64,000 nt of DNA from an uncultured Succinatimonas sp. (GCA_900316375.1 ONCS01000014.1:16460-80459); one strand, 5' to 3'; shown: positions 30,140 through 40,429, counted from the stretch's first letter. The notes: generated from the letters alone by a model not told the origin. Numbers and translations are program-made.

Positions 30140-30680
30140 TAGGCTGTCCTTTGTAAGACATAACATTCTTATTTAAATCGAGACTAAAATCAGTACCTGT
30201 AGTTTTGATACCTTGACCATAAATGGTAACTGTAGATTTAGAGGTAACTAGATTTTTGTTGATATCGTAATAAAGGTAATCTGCTACTGCTTTTTTAAGT
30301 TGAGAACCTGTAAAACCTGGATAGATTAAAACATCATCTTTAACAAAAGCAATTTCGTTATTTTTTAAATCACCATATTTTCCTTTTAAGTGCCAAATGT
30401 TTACTTGATCTTTCTTGTAATCATAGGCAGTAATTAAAGGATTTTCAAAAATATAGTAGTTTTTATCGTTGAAATAGGTAGTTTTTGTCGCAACTAAAGT
30501 TCTTGAGACATTACCATTGATGTCGTAAATTGTGGATTCTGTATCTAAAGCCACAAAGGTTGGATAGTTCTTATTAACCACCACTTCCTTTTTCATGAGC
30601 ACTATAGAGAAGTACCATAAGATACATGCAATTAAGGCTAAAATTAAAGCCATTACAATTGATTTTTTAGTAACGCTCAT
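30111..30680 (-). CDS. lptC: LPS export protein LptC
   Basis: Single N-terminal TM helix then beta-rich domain; position between kdsC and lptA. ATG 30680 preferred. Confidence 0.8.
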   Translation of the reverse strand: MSVTKKSIVMALILALIACILWYFSIVLMKKEVVVNKNYPTFVALDTESTIYDINGNVSRTLVATKTTYFNDKNYYIFENPLITAYDYKKDQVNIWHLKGKYGDLKNNEIAFVKDDVLIYPGFTGSQLKKAVADYLYYDINKNLVTSKSTVTIYGQGIKTTGTDFSLDLNKNVMSYKGQPNATYYPNSK

Positions 30681-31227
30681 CGATATAGCCACCGTCAGCA
30701 TTAAGAACATTTTTAGCAATTAAAATTAAATCGCAAAGCTCCCTTAAAGCGCCTTTTCCACCTTCTAAAGTGGTTACATAATCAGCGTAATTTTTAACAA
30801 ATGGGTGAGCATCCTTTGGACAGGCTACAAAGCCTGCAATTCTAAACATTGGCATGTCATTTAAATCATCACCAAAGCATACCGCTTCATCTGGAGTGAT
30901 GTTTAGTTTATTACATAAAGCTTTTAAACTTTCTGCTTTATTAGATTGACCTTGCATGATGTGTTTTACTTTTAAATCACGCATACGTCTTTCTGTAAGT
31001 GGTGCATTTCTTCCGGTTATTACAGCTGTTTCAATACCTTCATTGAATAAAGCTACTACACCAAAGCCATCTTTGCAGTTAAATCTTTTCATTTCAAAAT
31101 CATGATTATCGTAATAGATACCACCATCAGTGATAGTGCCATCGACATCAAAAGCTACTAGTTTGATACTAGATAGTCTTGTTAAAAGATCGTTATCAAT
31201 ACGACCATAGCAAGTGTTTGTATGCAT
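30667..31227 (-). CDS. kdsC: KDO 8-phosphate phosphatase KdsC
   Basis: HAD motif FDVDGTITDG, AVITGR, GDDLND, GGKGALRELCD. Confidence 0.93.
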   Translation of the reverse strand: MHTNTCYGRIDNDLLTRLSSIKLVAFDVDGTITDGGIYYDNHDFEMKRFNCKDGFGVVALFNEGIETAVITGRNAPLTERRMRDLKVKHIMQGQSNKAESLKALCNKLNITPDEAVCFGDDLNDMPMFRIAGFVACPKDAHPFVKNYADYVTTLEGGKGALRELCDLILIAKNVLNADGGYIDERY

Positions 31228-31261
31228 AGATATAGCCTATTTTGAAATGATTAATGGCACT

Positions 31262-31270
31262 ATTATAGCA
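31262..31270 (-). promoter_or_regulatory. Extended -10 promoter for kdsC-lptCAB-rpoN
   Basis: Minus strand reads TG-C-TATAAT (perfect consensus), 35 bp upstream of the kdsC start. Confidence 0.7.
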
Positions 31271-31449
31271 ACAAATGTGCCACATATTTTTAAACAGTTT
31301 TCACATATATGAATGCTAAAGTGAATTTTTGAAGTTGAAAAAAGCTTACTTACTGGCTGAAATTGGCAATTTCCTTAAAATTGTTAAGCTAATTTTTAAT
31401 TTAAATTTGATAAAATATAGAGGTTAAATAATTTTAGGAAATTTTTTTA

Positions 31450-32244
31450 ATGATCACAGAAAGTCTTATTAAAGTAAGAAATGTTTCTTTTTCTTACCAA
31501 AGTAAGCAGATTTATAAAAACCTTACTTTAGATATTCCTAAAGGAAAAATTACAGCCATCTTAGGTCCATCAGGAACCGGTAAAACTACCATTTTACGTT
31601 TAATTGGTGCTCAACTTACCCCAAATGAGGGTACTATTGAATTTGATGGTATCAATGTTCATAAATTAAGTCGAGGTGACTTATATAAGTTAAGACAGAG
31701 AATGAGTATGCTCTTCCAAAGCGGTGCTTTATTTTCTGATATGACAGTCTTTGATAACGTAGCTTTTCCGATTTTAGAGCACACTGATTTACCAAAAGAA
31801 TTGGTAAAAGATGTAGTTTTGATGAATTTAGAAGCTGTGGGTATGCGTGCTGCTGCAGATCTTTACCCATCAGAGCTCTCAGGTGGTATGGCTCGTCGTG
31901 CAGCTTTAGCTCGCTCAATTGCTCTTGATCCTGATTTACTTATGTATGATGAGCCTTTTGTAGGTCAAGATCCTATTACTAAAGGTGTCCTAGTAAAGCT
32001 AATTTCTGATATGAACAAGTCATTAGGTAAAACCTCAATTGTGGTAACCCATGATGTTAAAGAAATTCTAGAAATTGCTCACTATGTATATATCCTTGCT
32101 CAAGGAACTGTTCTAGGACAAGGAACACCAGATGAGATAGTCCATAGTCAAGATCCTAGAGTTATCCAATTTATCAATGGTGATTTTGATGGTCCTTATG
32201 CTTTCAAGCTCAAAGGCTCACATAACTATATTGAGGATTTGTAA
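31450..32244 (+). CDS. mlaF: Phospholipid ABC transporter ATPase MlaF
   Basis: [39 protein letters not shown]. Confidence 0.95.
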   Translation: MITESLIKVRNVSFSYQSKQIYKNLTLDIPKGKITAILGPSGTGKTTILRLIGAQLTPNEGTIEFDGINVHKLSRGDLYKLRQRMSMLFQSGALFSDMTVFDNVAFPILEHTDLPKELVKDVVLMNLEAVGMRAAADLYPSELSGGMARRAALARSIALDPDLLMYDEPFVGQDPITKGVLVKLISDMNKSLGKTSIVVTHDVKEILEIAHYVYILAQGTVLGQGTPDEIVHSQDPRVIQFINGDFDGPYAFKLKGSHNYIEDL

Positions 32245-33017
32245 TGCTTGATTTTTTCGGATCTTTAGGTAGATATGTATTAAGAAAAATAGCGTCTTTA
32301 GGAAGATCATCTTTAATCTTCTTTCACTCTATTTTTGCGCTACCAAACTTAAAAAAGACCTTCCCATTAATGGTAAATCAAATTTACTTTATTGGTGTAC
32401 AGTCAATTATCATCATTATAGTCTCAGGTCTTTTCATTGGTATGGTATTAGGGTTGCAAGGCTTTAATATCTTAAAAGACTTTATGGCTACAGGATCTCT
32501 TGGAAGTTTAGTTTCTCTTTCAATTATCCGTGAGTTAGGTCCAGTGGTTACTGCTTTGTTATTTGCAGGTCGTGCAGGCTCTGCTCTTACTGCTGAAATT
32601 GGTCAATTAAAGGCATCAGAGCAATTATCAGCAATGGAGATGATGGCTGTAGATCCTCTGCGTCGTATCATTGCTCCACGATTTTGGGGCGGTATGATTT
32701 CAATGCCAATTCTATCTATCATGTTCTGCTTAGTAGGTGTCTATGGTGGAAAGTTAGTAGGCGTGGATTGGCTTGGCTTAGACGATGGTATCTTTTGGTC
32801 AGGTATGCAGGCATCTGTAGATATTGCTGAAGATTTAGTACCAATGATCATCAAAGCTGTAGCTTTTGGCTTTGTATGTACTTGGATTGCATTATTTAAC
32901 GGCTATGATTGTAAACCTACCTCAGAAGGTATCTCTCATGCTACTACTGCGACAGTGGTGCAATCATCTTTAGCAGTACTAGGAATGGATTTTGTATTAA
33001 CTGCTTTAATGTTCTAA
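32244..33017 (+). CDS. mlaE: Phospholipid ABC transporter permease MlaE
   Basis: [47 protein letters not shown]. Confidence 0.95.
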   Translation: MLDFFGSLGRYVLRKIASLGRSSLIFFHSIFALPNLKKTFPLMVNQIYFIGVQSIIIIIVSGLFIGMVLGLQGFNILKDFMATGSLGSLVSLSIIRELGPVVTALLFAGRAGSALTAEIGQLKASEQLSAMEMMAVDPLRRIIAPRFWGGMISMPILSIMFCLVGVYGGKLVGVDWLGLDDGIFWSGMQASVDIAEDLVPMIIKAVAFGFVCTWIALFNGYDCKPTSEGISHATTATVVQSSLAVLGMDFVLTALMF

Positions 33018-33039
33018 TAGATATAAAAAGGTAATTTTC

Positions 33040-33561
33040 ATGAAGTATTTAAAAGCAGAAATTATGGTTGGCGTTTTTATGCTATTAGGCATTATCGCTG
33101 CAGTGGTGTTAGCTCTTCAGGTGGCAGGTCTTGTTTTAAACAGTGATAGTCAGACCTACAGAGTAACTGCTAAATTTGAGAATATTGGCTCTTTAAGAAT
33201 TAGAGCTCCAATTAGAATTGGTGGTGTGTTAATTGGTCGTGTAGGCGCTATTAACTTAGATCCAGAATCATTAACTCCAGTTGTAAGTTTAGATATTCAA
33301 AATCAGTTTGATAAGATCTCATCTGATTCAAAAGCATCTATTCAAACAGCTGGTATCATCGGTGAGCAGTACATTAGTATCACCCCAGGTTTTTATGATG
33401 AAGAAATGGGCAGTACCTATCTAAAAGATGGCGATCAGATTGTAGATACTGGTTCTGCTTTAGTTTTAGAAGATTTAATTTCTAAGTTTGTATTTAACTC
33501 AAATGCAGATAAGGAAAAAGCAAAGAATAACCAAGCAGAAAACACTGCTGATGCTCAATAG
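33040..33561 (+). CDS. mlaD: MCE protein MlaD
   Basis: EIMVGVFM, FENIGSL...GGVLIGRV, TAGIIGEQYI. Confidence 0.93.
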   Translation: MKYLKAEIMVGVFMLLGIIAAVVLALQVAGLVLNSDSQTYRVTAKFENIGSLRIRAPIRIGGVLIGRVGAINLDPESLTPVVSLDIQNQFDKISSDSKASIQTAGIIGEQYISITPGFYDEEMGSTYLKDGDQIVDTGSALVLEDLISKFVFNSNADKEKAKNNQAENTADAQ

Positions 33562-33571
33562 GAGTTTATAA

Positions 33572-34186
33572 ATGAAAAAATTATTTGGTGCTATTGTTGC
33601 TTTTGCTCTATTAGCTTTTAATTTCAATGTTCAAGCATCTGATACTCAAAACCCATATGCTTTAGCTAATGAAGTTGCAACTAAGACTATTAGCGATATT
33701 AAAGCTAATAAAGACAAATTAACTGATAAAGCATTTGCTAATGAGTTAATTGAAAAAGATTTAATGCCATACATTGATTCAAAGTATGCAGCCTACAAAG
33801 TAATGGGTACTTCTTTAAAGACTATCTCAGCACAAGATAGAGAGAAGTTCACTGCAGCATTTACTGACTACATGAAGCAAAATATGGTAGGTGTTTTAAC
33901 TAAGTATACTAATCAAGATATCGTACCATCTGAGGTTAAAGATGTTGATGATAAGACTAACTTAGTTTCAGTAAAACTTTTTATCCGTGAAGAAGGTAAA
34001 AAAGACTTAGAGCTTATTTTAAAACTACGTAAAAATAACAAGACTGGCGTTTGGAAAGCCTTTGATTTAATCGGCGAGAATATCTCTATGCTTGATGCAA
34101 AGATCTCTGAGATCTCTCCTATTATCAAAGCACAAGGTGTTGATGCTGCAATTGCTAAATTACAAGAAGGCGATAGCAACAAATAA
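33572..34186 (+). CDS. mlaC: Periplasmic phospholipid shuttle MlaC
   Basis: Signal peptide, WKAFDLIGENISML, position in the mla operon. Confidence 0.85.
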   Translation: MKKLFGAIVAFALLAFNFNVQASDTQNPYALANEVATKTISDIKANKDKLTDKAFANELIEKDLMPYIDSKYAAYKVMGTSLKTISAQDREKFTAAFTDYMKQNMVGVLTKYTNQDIVPSEVKDVDDKTNLVSVKLFIREEGKKDLELILKLRKNNKTGVWKAFDLIGENISMLDAKISEISPIIKAQGVDAAIAKLQEGDSNK

Positions 34187-34187
34187 T

Positions 34188-34436
34188 ATGGAAACAATTA
34201 CTGAGTTGAGCTTTTTTACTGTGACAGATCTTTGGGGAAAACGCCAAGAGATCTTTAAAGATAGTAGCGTGTCTTTGAAAAATATCACTAAGGTTGATGC
34301 CTCAGGCATTGCCTTTTTGGCAATATGGGCTAAATCCTTGCAAGGCAGTAAGTTAAAGTTAGAACATGTCCCAAATAATGTTTTAAATTTAATTGATACT
34401 TACAAATTAAACGAACTTTTCATTATCGAAAATTAA
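34188..34436 (+). CDS. mlaB: STAS-domain protein MlaB, 82 aa
   Basis: ATG at 34188 inside the longer track ORF; KVDASGIAFL STAS motif; follows mlaC. Confidence 0.8.
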   Translation: METITELSFFTVTDLWGKRQEIFKDSSVSLKNITKVDASGIAFLAIWAKSLQGSKLKLEHVPNNVLNLIDTYKLNELFIIEN

Positions 34437-34441
34437 AGAAT

Positions 34442-34999
34442 ATGGCAGAACAATTACATTTTGAAGGTTTTGATCACGAGGCTGAAGAGGAAAGCCGTAG
34501 CGCTCATAAGCGTGAGGCTCAGGCACTTCGTAAGCTTGTTGAGAAGATCTGCAACTTAGGTGAACAAAGCTTTAAATCATTAGTCCTACCACAGGATGTT
34601 AAGGATGCTTTAATTGTTGCAAGAAAGCTCAAACCTAAAAGTGATGAGCGCCGTCGTCAATTACAGTATGTAGCTAAGTTACAGCGTAATTATGATGATA
34701 TGGATTTAGAGCAACAGGTTAATATGTTAGGAGCTTCAGCAAAAGAAGATCCTAATACCATGCGTTTAGAAAAATTGCGTGAGAATATGTTAACTGGTGG
34801 AGTGGAGGTCTTAAACGGCTTTTGCTCATTAGTTTTAGATACTGACAGAAATAAACTTAGAAACCTAGTTAAAAAAGCTAAAGCAGAGCTTAATAACGAT
34901 GCTGAGGCTCAAAAGCCTAATTCTAGAGCTTTATTTAAGTTTCTAAAAAGCGAAATCAATCGCGCTAAAGTAGAAATCCCTCAAGAGCTTTTAAAATAA
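34442..34999 (+). CDS. yjgA: Ribosome biogenesis factor YjgA/DarP (DUF615)
   Basis: SRSAHKREAQAL, RRRQLQYVAKL, DRNKLRNL, RALFKFL. Confidence 0.85.
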   Translation: MAEQLHFEGFDHEAEEESRSAHKREAQALRKLVEKICNLGEQSFKSLVLPQDVKDALIVARKLKPKSDERRRQLQYVAKLQRNYDDMDLEQQVNMLGASAKEDPNTMRLEKLRENMLTGGVEVLNGFCSLVLDTDRNKLRNLVKKAKAELNNDAEAQKPNSRALFKFLKSEINRAKVEIPQELLK

Positions 35000-35003
35000 T
35001 CTA

Positions 35004-35030
35004 AAGCCTCTAGAAAATCTCTAGAGGCTT
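35004..35030. terminator. Terminator hairpin between convergent yjgA and amylase
   Basis: AAGCCTCTAGA-AAATC-TCTAGAGGCTT perfect 11-bp stem. Confidence 0.75.
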
Positions 35031-35037
35031 GTCTTAA

Positions 35038-36687
35038 CTAATCCTTACTTGTTGATAAAACTGCAAATGATAGCGGTTTTACGGTCACTTCAAATTCATC
35101 TAAAGTATTCTTTGTAAGTTTAGTATTTCCATTTACATCTAACTTGTATAACTCATGATTGCCTACAAGATCCTTTGTAAGATTAAATTTAGCACTGTCA
35201 TGAGTTGATAAATTTAAGATGTAATAGATATCAGCATCGCCTTTGAAGGTCTTTTTAATTGCAAATATATTACGGTTAAGCTTTACAAACTCTAACTTAC
35301 CATTAGAGATAGAGCCATGCTTAGAACGCAAGTTCATTAAGAATTTAAGTAGATCATGAGTCTTTTGCTCTTGAGCGGTGAAATTAGCTATCTTGCCATT
35401 ATCTCTTGCAACATGATCATCGTAGTAACCCATTTGATCTTTTCTATCTGCAAAGTTAGGTACCTCTTGACCAATTTCCTCACCATAGTAGTGGGTAATA
35501 GGTCCAGAGTGGGCAATAGCTAGGTAGGATAGAGCTATTTCAATACGGTTTTGATAGGTATCATTGTATTTAGCTCGTTGAATTAAGTCTCCAAATCTTA
35601 ATAAATCATGATTAGTGATCATTAAATTTGGATAAGCATGACTTGGGAGGTTATTCTCATCATACTTTAAAGCTTCATGGATTCTAAAAGCTGAGTTATC
35701 CTTTTTGCCCCACTCTTCCATAGCAAAAGCTTGAACTAAACCATAGCGTAAACCAAAGTCAAAGTTAGAATCTAAGATAGGTTCTTTATCACTGCCATAG
35801 CCTCTTTCACGAATCGTGTTGTTATCAGACCAAATCTCACCTACAAGATAAGCTAGAGGATGGACTATCTCTCCTTTTAAGTCTTTATAGGTTACCTTTG
35901 ATGATTCATCAGTAACTGCCTTTTTAATTGAGGCTAAAACAATAGGTGGTACTTGATAGGCTTGATCTAAACGCCAACCGTCGATTTTGAAGTTTTTAAC
36001 GTAGTATCTAGCTACCTCTTCCATATACTTTTGAGAGCTACCATCGTCTTCAAAATTAGCACAAGAGGTATTCTTTGGTGGTTCGTAAGGCTGCAGATTA
36101 CCACCTAGGCACTTTTTAGTGATAGTTACCTTATTTCCTTTTGGAGATGTATTTACTAAATCATCTCTAAAGTGTCCAAACACGCCATCTAAGAACACAT
36201 ATAAGCCATGAGCATGGGCCGTATCAACGAGCTCTTTTAAGGTGTTTTCATCGCCAAAGCGTCTATCTACTTTGTAGTAATTACGAGTGTAATAACCTGT
36301 TGCATCAAGCATGCTAGGATTTTTCTCATCTTCTTTAGCACTTTCAAAAATTGGAGTTAACCAAATTGCATTCATGCCTAAATCCTTAATATAAGGAATA
36401 GCGTTGATAATGCCTTTGATATCACCTTTGTGATCTGATGGTCCATAGCCTGTATCGTAGTTACGGCTATCATCTCCATTTTGAAAAGACTCAACCATTA
36501 CCTGGTAAATTCTCAGATCAGCAAACTTATCTACAACTCCTGTGTCATTGCGATAAGGTTTGAAGGTATTAGAAAAAGCAGATGAGGTTGAATCTAGTGT
36601 GTATTCATCAACACTAGAGGTGGTAGATTGGCATGCAGTAAGTGCCAAAGGTAATAGCATAGCTATCACGCTTTTAGATAGTTTCAT
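35038..36687 (-). CDS. GH13 alpha-amylase family lipoprotein
   Basis: Lipobox LTAC; LDGVFGH, DGWRLDQ (nucleophile), GEIW (acid/base), TNHD (third catalytic Asp). Confidence 0.88.
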   Translation of the reverse strand: MKLSKSVIAMLLPLALTACQSTTSSVDEYTLDSTSSAFSNTFKPYRNDTGVVDKFADLRIYQVMVESFQNGDDSRNYDTGYGPSDHKGDIKGIINAIPYIKDLGMNAIWLTPIFESAKEDEKNPSMLDATGYYTRNYYKVDRRFGDENTLKELVDTAHAHGLYVFLDGVFGHFRDDLVNTSPKGNKVTITKKCLGGNLQPYEPPKNTSCANFEDDGSSQKYMEEVARYYVKNFKIDGWRLDQAYQVPPIVLASIKKAVTDESSKVTYKDLKGEIVHPLAYLVGEIWSDNNTIRERGYGSDKEPILDSNFDFGLRYGLVQAFAMEEWGKKDNSAFRIHEALKYDENNLPSHAYPNLMITNHDLLRFGDLIQRAKYNDTYQNRIEIALSYLAIAHSGPITHYYGEEIGQEVPNFADRKDQMGYYDDHVARDNGKIANFTAQEQKTHDLLKFLMNLRSKHGSISNGKLEFVKLNRNIFAIKKTFKGDADIYYILNLSTHDSAKFNLTKDLVGNHELYKLDVNGNTKLTKNTLDEFEVTVKPLSFAVLSTSKD

Positions 36688-36749
36688 TGTTTTTACATCC
36701 CTTGTTTGTTTTTATTCTGTAGGTTCAAATTTTAGATTTTGTATAATAA

Positions 36750-36796
36750 AAAAAGCTTTAACCATCTCAAAGAAATAAGACTAGTTAAAGCTTTTT
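36750..36796 (-). terminator. Terminator-like inverted repeat after tldD
   Basis: AAAAAGCTTTAAC / GTTAAAGCTTTTT 13-bp arms, 21-nt loop, T run on the minus strand. Confidence 0.6.
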
Positions 36797-36819
36797 GATA
36801 CTTTGTTTTGACTTGAAAC

Positions 36820-38262
36820 TTAAGCTTCAGTACCACCTACGGTAATTTCATCAATCTTAACTGTAGGTTGACCAATACCTACAGATACGCTTTGACCTGC
36901 TTTACCACATGAGCCAATGCCATGGTCAAACTCAAGATCATTACCTACCATAGATACTTTCTTCATAGTCTCAGGACCATTACCTAATAAGGTAGCGCCT
37001 TTAATTGGGGTAGTAACCTTACCATCTTCAATTAAATAAGCTTCACTTGTTGAGAAGGTAAATTGACCTGTAGTGGTATCAACCTGGCCACCTTTAAAGT
37101 TAACTGCGTAGATACCCTTTTTAACCGAGCTTATGATCTCGTCTTTTTCATACTTACCATTTTGCATGAAAGTATTAGTCATACGAGGAATAGGTAGGCA
37201 GTTATATGATTCACGACGACCATTACCAGTAGTCTTCATCTTCATAAGCATCGCATTTTGCTTATCTTGCATATAACCTTTTAAGATACCGTTCTCAATT
37301 AAAACATTATGAGCAGTATCTGTACCTTCATCATCATGACTTAACGAGCCACGTCTATCTTTGATGGTACCGTCATCAACAATGGTACAAGCATCGGAGG
37401 CAACTTTCTCACCAATCTTACCTGTAAAAATAGAAGAACCAGTACGATTAGCATCAGCCTCTAGGCCATGACCTACAGCCTCATGAATTAAAACTCCAGG
37501 CCAACCATTACCTAAAACTACAGTCATGGTACCAGCAGGAGCCTTAATAGCTTCCATATTAACAGAGGCTACTCTTACAGCTTCTTTAGCAAGCTCTTCT
37601 AAATCGTTATTTAAAAGGAGATTTTCAATTAAGGTGGCACCACCAGCGCTAGCAGAACCTTCCTCACGGCGGCCATCTTTTTCCATAACTACGTTAATGC
37701 TAATTCTAGCAAATGGCTTGATGTCTGCTCTTGTTGGCGCATCAGTTGGCATTACCATGGTAGTTGAGTGACAGCAAGAAACTGATGCCATAACTTGCAC
37801 AATACGAGGATCAAGAGCGCGAGCTGCTTTATCTAAAATGGTTAAAATGCTAGTTTTCTTCTCACGGCTCATTGATAGAACAGGATCGTCTTGTACGTAT
37901 AGCGCAACTGATGGTTTTACATTTAGGGCAATTTGAGCGCGCTGACAATTATGTCCTTTAGCAATAGAGTGAGCTGCCTTGCAAGCTTCTTCAAGGGACT
38001 TATTATCAATTACATCAGAATAAGCAAAGCCAGTTTTTGTACCACAAACTGCTCTGACACCTACGCCTTGAGAAATACTAAAAGAGCCACCTTTTACAAT
38101 ACCTTCTTCTAGAGAAAAAGATTCAGATACGGTTCTTTCAAAGAAAAGATCTCCAAAATCAATTTCACGAGAATTTAAAAGATTAAGTGATTTTATTGCT
38201 GATTCTTCAGTAACATCACCATTTGAAAATAGGGTATTTTTAGCTATTTCGTATGTACTCAT
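36820..38262 (-). CDS. tldD: Metalloprotease TldD
   Basis: GWPGVLIHEAVGHGLE (HExxxH), PRMTNT, VGIGQPT. Confidence 0.95.
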   Translation of the reverse strand: MSTYEIAKNTLFSNGDVTEESAIKSLNLLNSREIDFGDLFFERTVSESFSLEEGIVKGGSFSISQGVGVRAVCGTKTGFAYSDVIDNKSLEEACKAAHSIAKGHNCQRAQIALNVKPSVALYVQDDPVLSMSREKKTSILTILDKAARALDPRIVQVMASVSCCHSTTMVMPTDAPTRADIKPFARISINVVMEKDGRREEGSASAGGATLIENLLLNNDLEELAKEAVRVASVNMEAIKAPAGTMTVVLGNGWPGVLIHEAVGHGLEADANRTGSSIFTGKIGEKVASDACTIVDDGTIKDRRGSLSHDDEGTDTAHNVLIENGILKGYMQDKQNAMLMKMKTTGNGRRESYNCLPIPRMTNTFMQNGKYEKDEIISSVKKGIYAVNFKGGQVDTTTGQFTFSTSEAYLIEDGKVTTPIKGATLLGNGPETMKKVSMVGNDLEFDHGIGSCGKAGQSVSVGIGQPTVKIDEITVGGTEA

Positions 38263-38274
38263 ATAATTACCTTT

Positions 38275-38847
38275 TTAAGCTTGAGGCCTAATTCCAAACT
38301 CTTCTAGTGCAATTCTAACTTCGTTTATTGGAAGACCTACTACAGTGCTAACCGAGCCTTCAACTTTCTCAATGTACATTGAAGCAATACCTTGTAGAGC
38401 GTAGCTACCTGCCTTATCATCACACTCGCCAGTTGCTACATAGCTTCTAATTAACTCATCATCCATCTTACTAAAGGTAACCTTAGTTCCTTTAACAAAG
38501 CTTTTAATTTTAGTGCCTTGTATGATGGTAGTACCTGTATAGACAAAGTGATCTTTGCCTTGTAATAACTTAATCATATTAAAGGCATCAACTCTGTCTT
38601 TAGGTTTTCCTAAGATAGTATCTTCAAAGGCTACTACAGTATCTGCGGCAATTACGATATCTTGAGGATGATTTAAGCTTACAGCTTGCGCCTTTAGTTT
38701 TGATAATCTTAAAACTAAGTCTGATGGCTTTTCCGCATCAATTTTGCTTTCGTCAACATTAGGTACGATAACCTCAAAGTCAGTACCTAAATATGATAAG
38801 TATTGTTTACGTCTAGGGGAAGCAGAGGCGAGGATAAGCTTAGTCAT
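38275..38847 (-). CDS. maf: Maf/YhdE nucleoside triphosphate pyrophosphatase
   Basis: LILASASPRR, IAADTVV, GKP, DKAGSY, VVGLP. Confidence 0.92.
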   Translation of the reverse strand: MTKLILASASPRRKQYLSYLGTDFEVIVPNVDESKIDAEKPSDLVLRLSKLKAQAVSLNHPQDIVIAADTVVAFEDTILGKPKDRVDAFNMIKLLQGKDHFVYTGTTIIQGTKIKSFVKGTKVTFSKMDDELIRSYVATGECDDKAGSYALQGIASMYIEKVEGSVSTVVGLPINEVRIALEEFGIRPQA

Positions 38848-38849
38848 AG

Positions 38850-39377
38850 TTAATCGATTTTTTCCTTATCATCACCCATGTTAACTGAGAAGGTTGCACA
38901 TAAAATTGAGCAAATTGCGTAAACAATAGGCCAAAAACAAGCAGTAGCGATAGTTGGAATGATAAAGTTTACTTCATAGTAACTTTGACCAATGATGTGC
39001 TCAAGCCAGTAACCTAAGACATTTGATAGCAAGTTAATTACCGCAATAATTACAATTTGTTGCCACATTGAGAACTTGTAAAAGGCACTAAATTGAGTGG
39101 TAATTAAATAAAGTTGCAAGCAAACTAAGAAAGCATTGATACCAAGTGGAGCACCTGATACAAGATCAAGCACAATACCTGTAACAAAAGCTACTTCAAT
39201 ATTAAGTTTGAACTTTGGATTTTGAGAAAAGAACAAGATAATCAACACAATCAAATCAGGTCGATTATCTGAAATTGGAGCAGGTAAATGCACAATTGCT
39301 AAAATCAATGCAATTAAAAGCATTGGAATTAGCACAATCAAGTATGAGGATCTATTACGATCTTTGTTACTAATCAT
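38850..39377 (-). CDS. mreD: Rod shape-determining protein MreD
   Basis: Hydrophobic, RPDL..L, GIVLDLVSGAPLG.NA; follows mreC. ATG 39377 preferred. Confidence 0.88.
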   Translation of the reverse strand: MISNKDRNRSSYLIVLIPMLLIALILAIVHLPAPISDNRPDLIVLIILFFSQNPKFKLNIEVAFVTGIVLDLVSGAPLGINAFLVCLQLYLITTQFSAFYKFSMWQQIVIIAVINLLSNVLGYWLEHIIGQSYYEVNFIIPTIATACFWPIVYAICSILCATFSVNMGDDKEKID

Positions 39378-40380
39378 TGCTACCCTCAACTGTTTTTACT
39401 TCTGCATTTTCTTTTTGATTGCTATTTTTATCAGCAGATTTCTTTGGATGTACTGATAAAGTTTCAATTAGCTTTTTAACACGCTCTTGATGGATGATTT
39501 TCTTATTGTCGGTAAGCTGTTTTGCTTTTGATGCAAAATCATCTTCAGCTAAAGTCTCTTCACTTGGCCAGAACATCAATACATAGCGCATTTTGTCTGT
39601 ATCAACTAAAGGCTTAGCTTTGATTGCAGCAAAAGGCTGTGATTCTGAAATACCAACAGAGGTAACGATAGCTACAGGATATCCTTTAGGATAAATGCCG
39701 CCAATACCTGAGGTAAAAAGTAAGTCACCTTCTTTGACATCAGCTGATCTTGGTACGTTGTTGATTAAAATCTCGTTGTGAGAACCAGAGCCTGTAGCAA
39801 TTGCTCTAACTGATGATCTTTCATCAACAAGAGGAACAGAACAGTTTGGATCGGTAAGTAAAAGTACGCGTGAGTAGGTATGATTTACGCTCATTACCTG
39901 ACCTACTAGGCCCTTGTCGGTAATTACTGGCATACCTTCAAATACGTGTTCTTTAGAACCACGATTTACTAAAACTCTATGTAAGTAAGGATCGGAGTCA
40001 ACATCGATAACTTCAGCAAATAACTTTTTAGCATCTCCTCTGACAGGAGAGTTTAAAAGTTGTCTTAGAGCTTGGTTTTCAAGCTCTAAAGAGCGAAGTT
40101 TTAAAATATCAGCTCTTTGCATAAAGTTTTCTGTGGATAGACGCTCATTTTCTTCAATTAAGTCACTGTGGCTTTTAAATTGGCTTGAAACTAATCTACC
40201 TACAGTATGAGGAGAGTCTGCGAAAACTAGGATAGGGTATAGAGCTGATTCAACATAAAATCTAAAATCAGTTAGAAATTTAGATCTTACGTCTAATGCC
40301 ATCACACTTAGAGATAAAACTAAGGCAATGACAAAACGAAAATGGATAAAAGTAGTTTTTTGATCTGATGAGTTTTTCAA
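39370..40380 (-). CDS. mreC: Rod shape-determining protein MreC
   Basis: ENQALRQLL.SP, GMPVITDKGLVGQV, TSGIGGIYPKGYPVA. Confidence 0.93.
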   Translation of the reverse strand: MKNSSDQKTTFIHFRFVIALVLSLSVMALDVRSKFLTDFRFYVESALYPILVFADSPHTVGRLVSSQFKSHSDLIEENERLSTENFMQRADILKLRSLELENQALRQLLNSPVRGDAKKLFAEVIDVDSDPYLHRVLVNRGSKEHVFEGMPVITDKGLVGQVMSVNHTYSRVLLLTDPNCSVPLVDERSSVRAIATGSGSHNEILINNVPRSADVKEGDLLFTSGIGGIYPKGYPVAIVTSVGISESQPFAAIKAKPLVDTDKMRYVLMFWPSEETLAEDDFASKAKQLTDNKKIIHQERVKKLIETLSVHPKKSADKNSNQKENAEVKTVEGSND

Positions 40381-40401
40381 ATCAAGTCCTAGAAATACAA
40401 A

Positions 40402-40429
40402 AGGATCCCCTTTATAAAAAGAGGATCCT
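40402..40429 (-). terminator. Intrinsic terminator between mreB and mreC
   Basis: Minus strand AGGATCCTCTTT-TTAT-AAAGGGGATCCT followed by TTTGTATTT. Confidence 0.65.

Noticed and set aside
31255-31270. sigma54 promoter TGGCAC-N5-TAGCA pointing at mlaF
   Set aside because: The same bases are the perfect sigma70 extended -10 (TGCTATAAT) of kdsC on the opposite strand, and the -12 element is non-consensus. The simpler reading is preferred.
34092-34187. N-terminal 32 codons of the 114-aa track ORF
   Set aside because: Overlap mlaC in another frame; the true mlaB start is ATG 34188.
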